The notes below the pieces were generated by a model. That model was not told the DNA's origin and made no database searches. It saw nothing but the letters and a program-made list of their open reading frames with translations. Both the position numbers and the translations under genes were made by a program. Of a stretch of 64,000 nt of DNA, positions 62,986 to 64,000 are shown piece by piece. The DNA is from Bacillota bacterium (GTDB lineage Bacteria > Bacillota_I > Bacilli_A > RF39 > UBA660): assembly GCA_023430885.1 (NCBI GenBank), contig JAEYYH010000006.1, positions 5,615 to 69,614 on the forward strand, in the 5' to 3' direction. Numbering within the stretch: position 1 is the stretch's first letter; every line of letters begins with the position of its first letter.

Positions 62986-64000
62986 ATGTATGAATTTGAT
63001 AAAATAGAGAAAAAATGGCAAGAGTATTGGGATGAAAATCAAAATTTTAAAAGTGATGATAAGAGTAGTAAGGAAAAATACTATATATTAGTAGAGTTTC
63101 CTTATCCATCTGGACATGGTCTTCATGTAGGACATGTTAGAAGTTATACTGCGCTTGATGCTTATGCAAGAATGAAAAGAATGAATGGATATAATGTATT
63201 ATTTCCAATGGGATGGGATGCTTTTGGAGCACCAGCAGAACAATATGCAATAAAGAATCATATTCATCCTAAAGATGCAGTAAAAGAAAATATAAAAACA
63301 TTTAAAGGGCAAATCAAATCACTTGGTATTTCTTTTGACTGGAGCCGTGAATTTTCAACTACTGATCCAGAATATTATAAATGGACTCAGTGGCAATTCT
63401 TAAAATTTTATGAGCATGGAATGGCTTATAAGGCTAAAAAAGATATTAACTGGTGTCCTGTATGTAAGACTGGTCTTTCTAACGAAGATTCAAGTGGTGG
63501 TGTTTGTGAAAGATGTGGTTCTAAAGTAGTTCAAAAAGAAAAAGAACAATGGATGCTAAAAATGAGTGATTATGCTGAAGATTTATTAACTGGTCTTGAT
63601 GATACTCATTTTGCAGATAGAATCAAATTAGGTCAAGTAAACTGGATAGGTAAAAGTACTGGGGCAGAAGTTGAATTTTCTATAAAAGATAGTAGTGAAA
63701 AACTTACAGTTTATACTACTAGACCAGACACTTTATATGGTGTTACATTTATGGTTGTATCTCCAGAACATCCAATATTAGAAAAGATGCAAGATAAAAT
63801 CCATAATATGGAAGAAGTTAATGAATATAAAGAGTTTGCAAAAAATAAAACAGAATTCGAAAGAACTGAACTTGTTAAAGAAAAAACTGGTGTTAAGGTA
63901 GACGGTTTAAAAGCAATTAATCCTGTAAATAATACTGAAATTGAAATTTGGATTTCAGATTATGTAATGATGAATTATGGAACAGGTGCTATTATGGCTG
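62986..64000 (+). CDS. leuS: Leucyl-tRNA synthetase (5' partial, continues past the window end)
   Basis: The N-terminus MYEFDKIEKKWQEYW and the HIGH region PYPSGHGLHVGHVRSYT are present. The sequence is open to the end of the window. Confidence 0.93.
   Translation, partial: MYEFDKIEKKWQEYWDENQNFKSDDKSSKEKYYILVEFPYPSGHGLHVGHVRSYTALDAYARMKRMNGYNVLFPMGWDAFGAPAEQYAIKNHIHPKDAVKENIKTFKGQIKSLGISFDWSREFSTTDPEYYKWTQWQFLKFYEHGMAYKAKKDINWCPVCKTGLSNEDSSGGVCERCGSKVVQKEKEQWMLKMSDYAEDLLTGLDDTHFADRIKLGQVNWIGKSTGAEVEFSIKDSSEKLTVYTTRPDTLYGVTFMVVSPEHPILEKMQDKIHNMEEVNEYKEFAKNKTEFERTELVKEKTGVKVDGLKAINPVNNTEIEIWISDYVMMNYGTGAIMA

Overview
The window is 64 kb of a very AT-rich (roughly 28-30% GC), endospore-forming Firmicute chromosome. 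Spore markers are two alpha/beta-type SASP genes, spo0A and sspI. The gene content and synteny are Bacilli/Erysipelotrichia-like (rpsD-ezrA-thiI-ssp, yfhO, a GT4 glycolipid synthase), and there are no rRNA, tRNA or CRISPR loci. The backbone is housekeeping: rpsD, ezrA, thiI, clpP, gapA, pgk, tpiA, clpB, murE (two copies), mraY, valS, the hrcA-grpE-dnaK-(pepF)-dnaJ operon with a textbook sigma-A promoter and CIRCE operator, trmB, pyk and the start of leuS, plus two T-box leaders. The striking feature is an interspersed family of eight genes (about 11 kb, about 18% of the window) that each begin with a class-III (type IV prepilin) leader, x6-14-G|FTL(I/V)E. They range from 123 to 816 aa. Several carry large C-terminal modules: BspA-type leucine-rich repeats, glycine-rich low-complexity regions, a CUB-like beta-sandwich-like domain shared by two of them, and a DUF1566/lectin-like tail. 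Each gene has its own promoter and terminator, and no pilus assembly genes (pilB/C/D/M) lie in the window. This looks like an expanded, modular repertoire of pilin-anchored, adhesin-like surface proteins. Other notable items are an IS3-family element flanked by a 15-bp direct repeat, tandem MurE paralogs with different specificity motifs, a GrpE with a metallothionein-like Cys-rich N-terminus, and a Met/Pro/Gln-rich small protein beside sspI.
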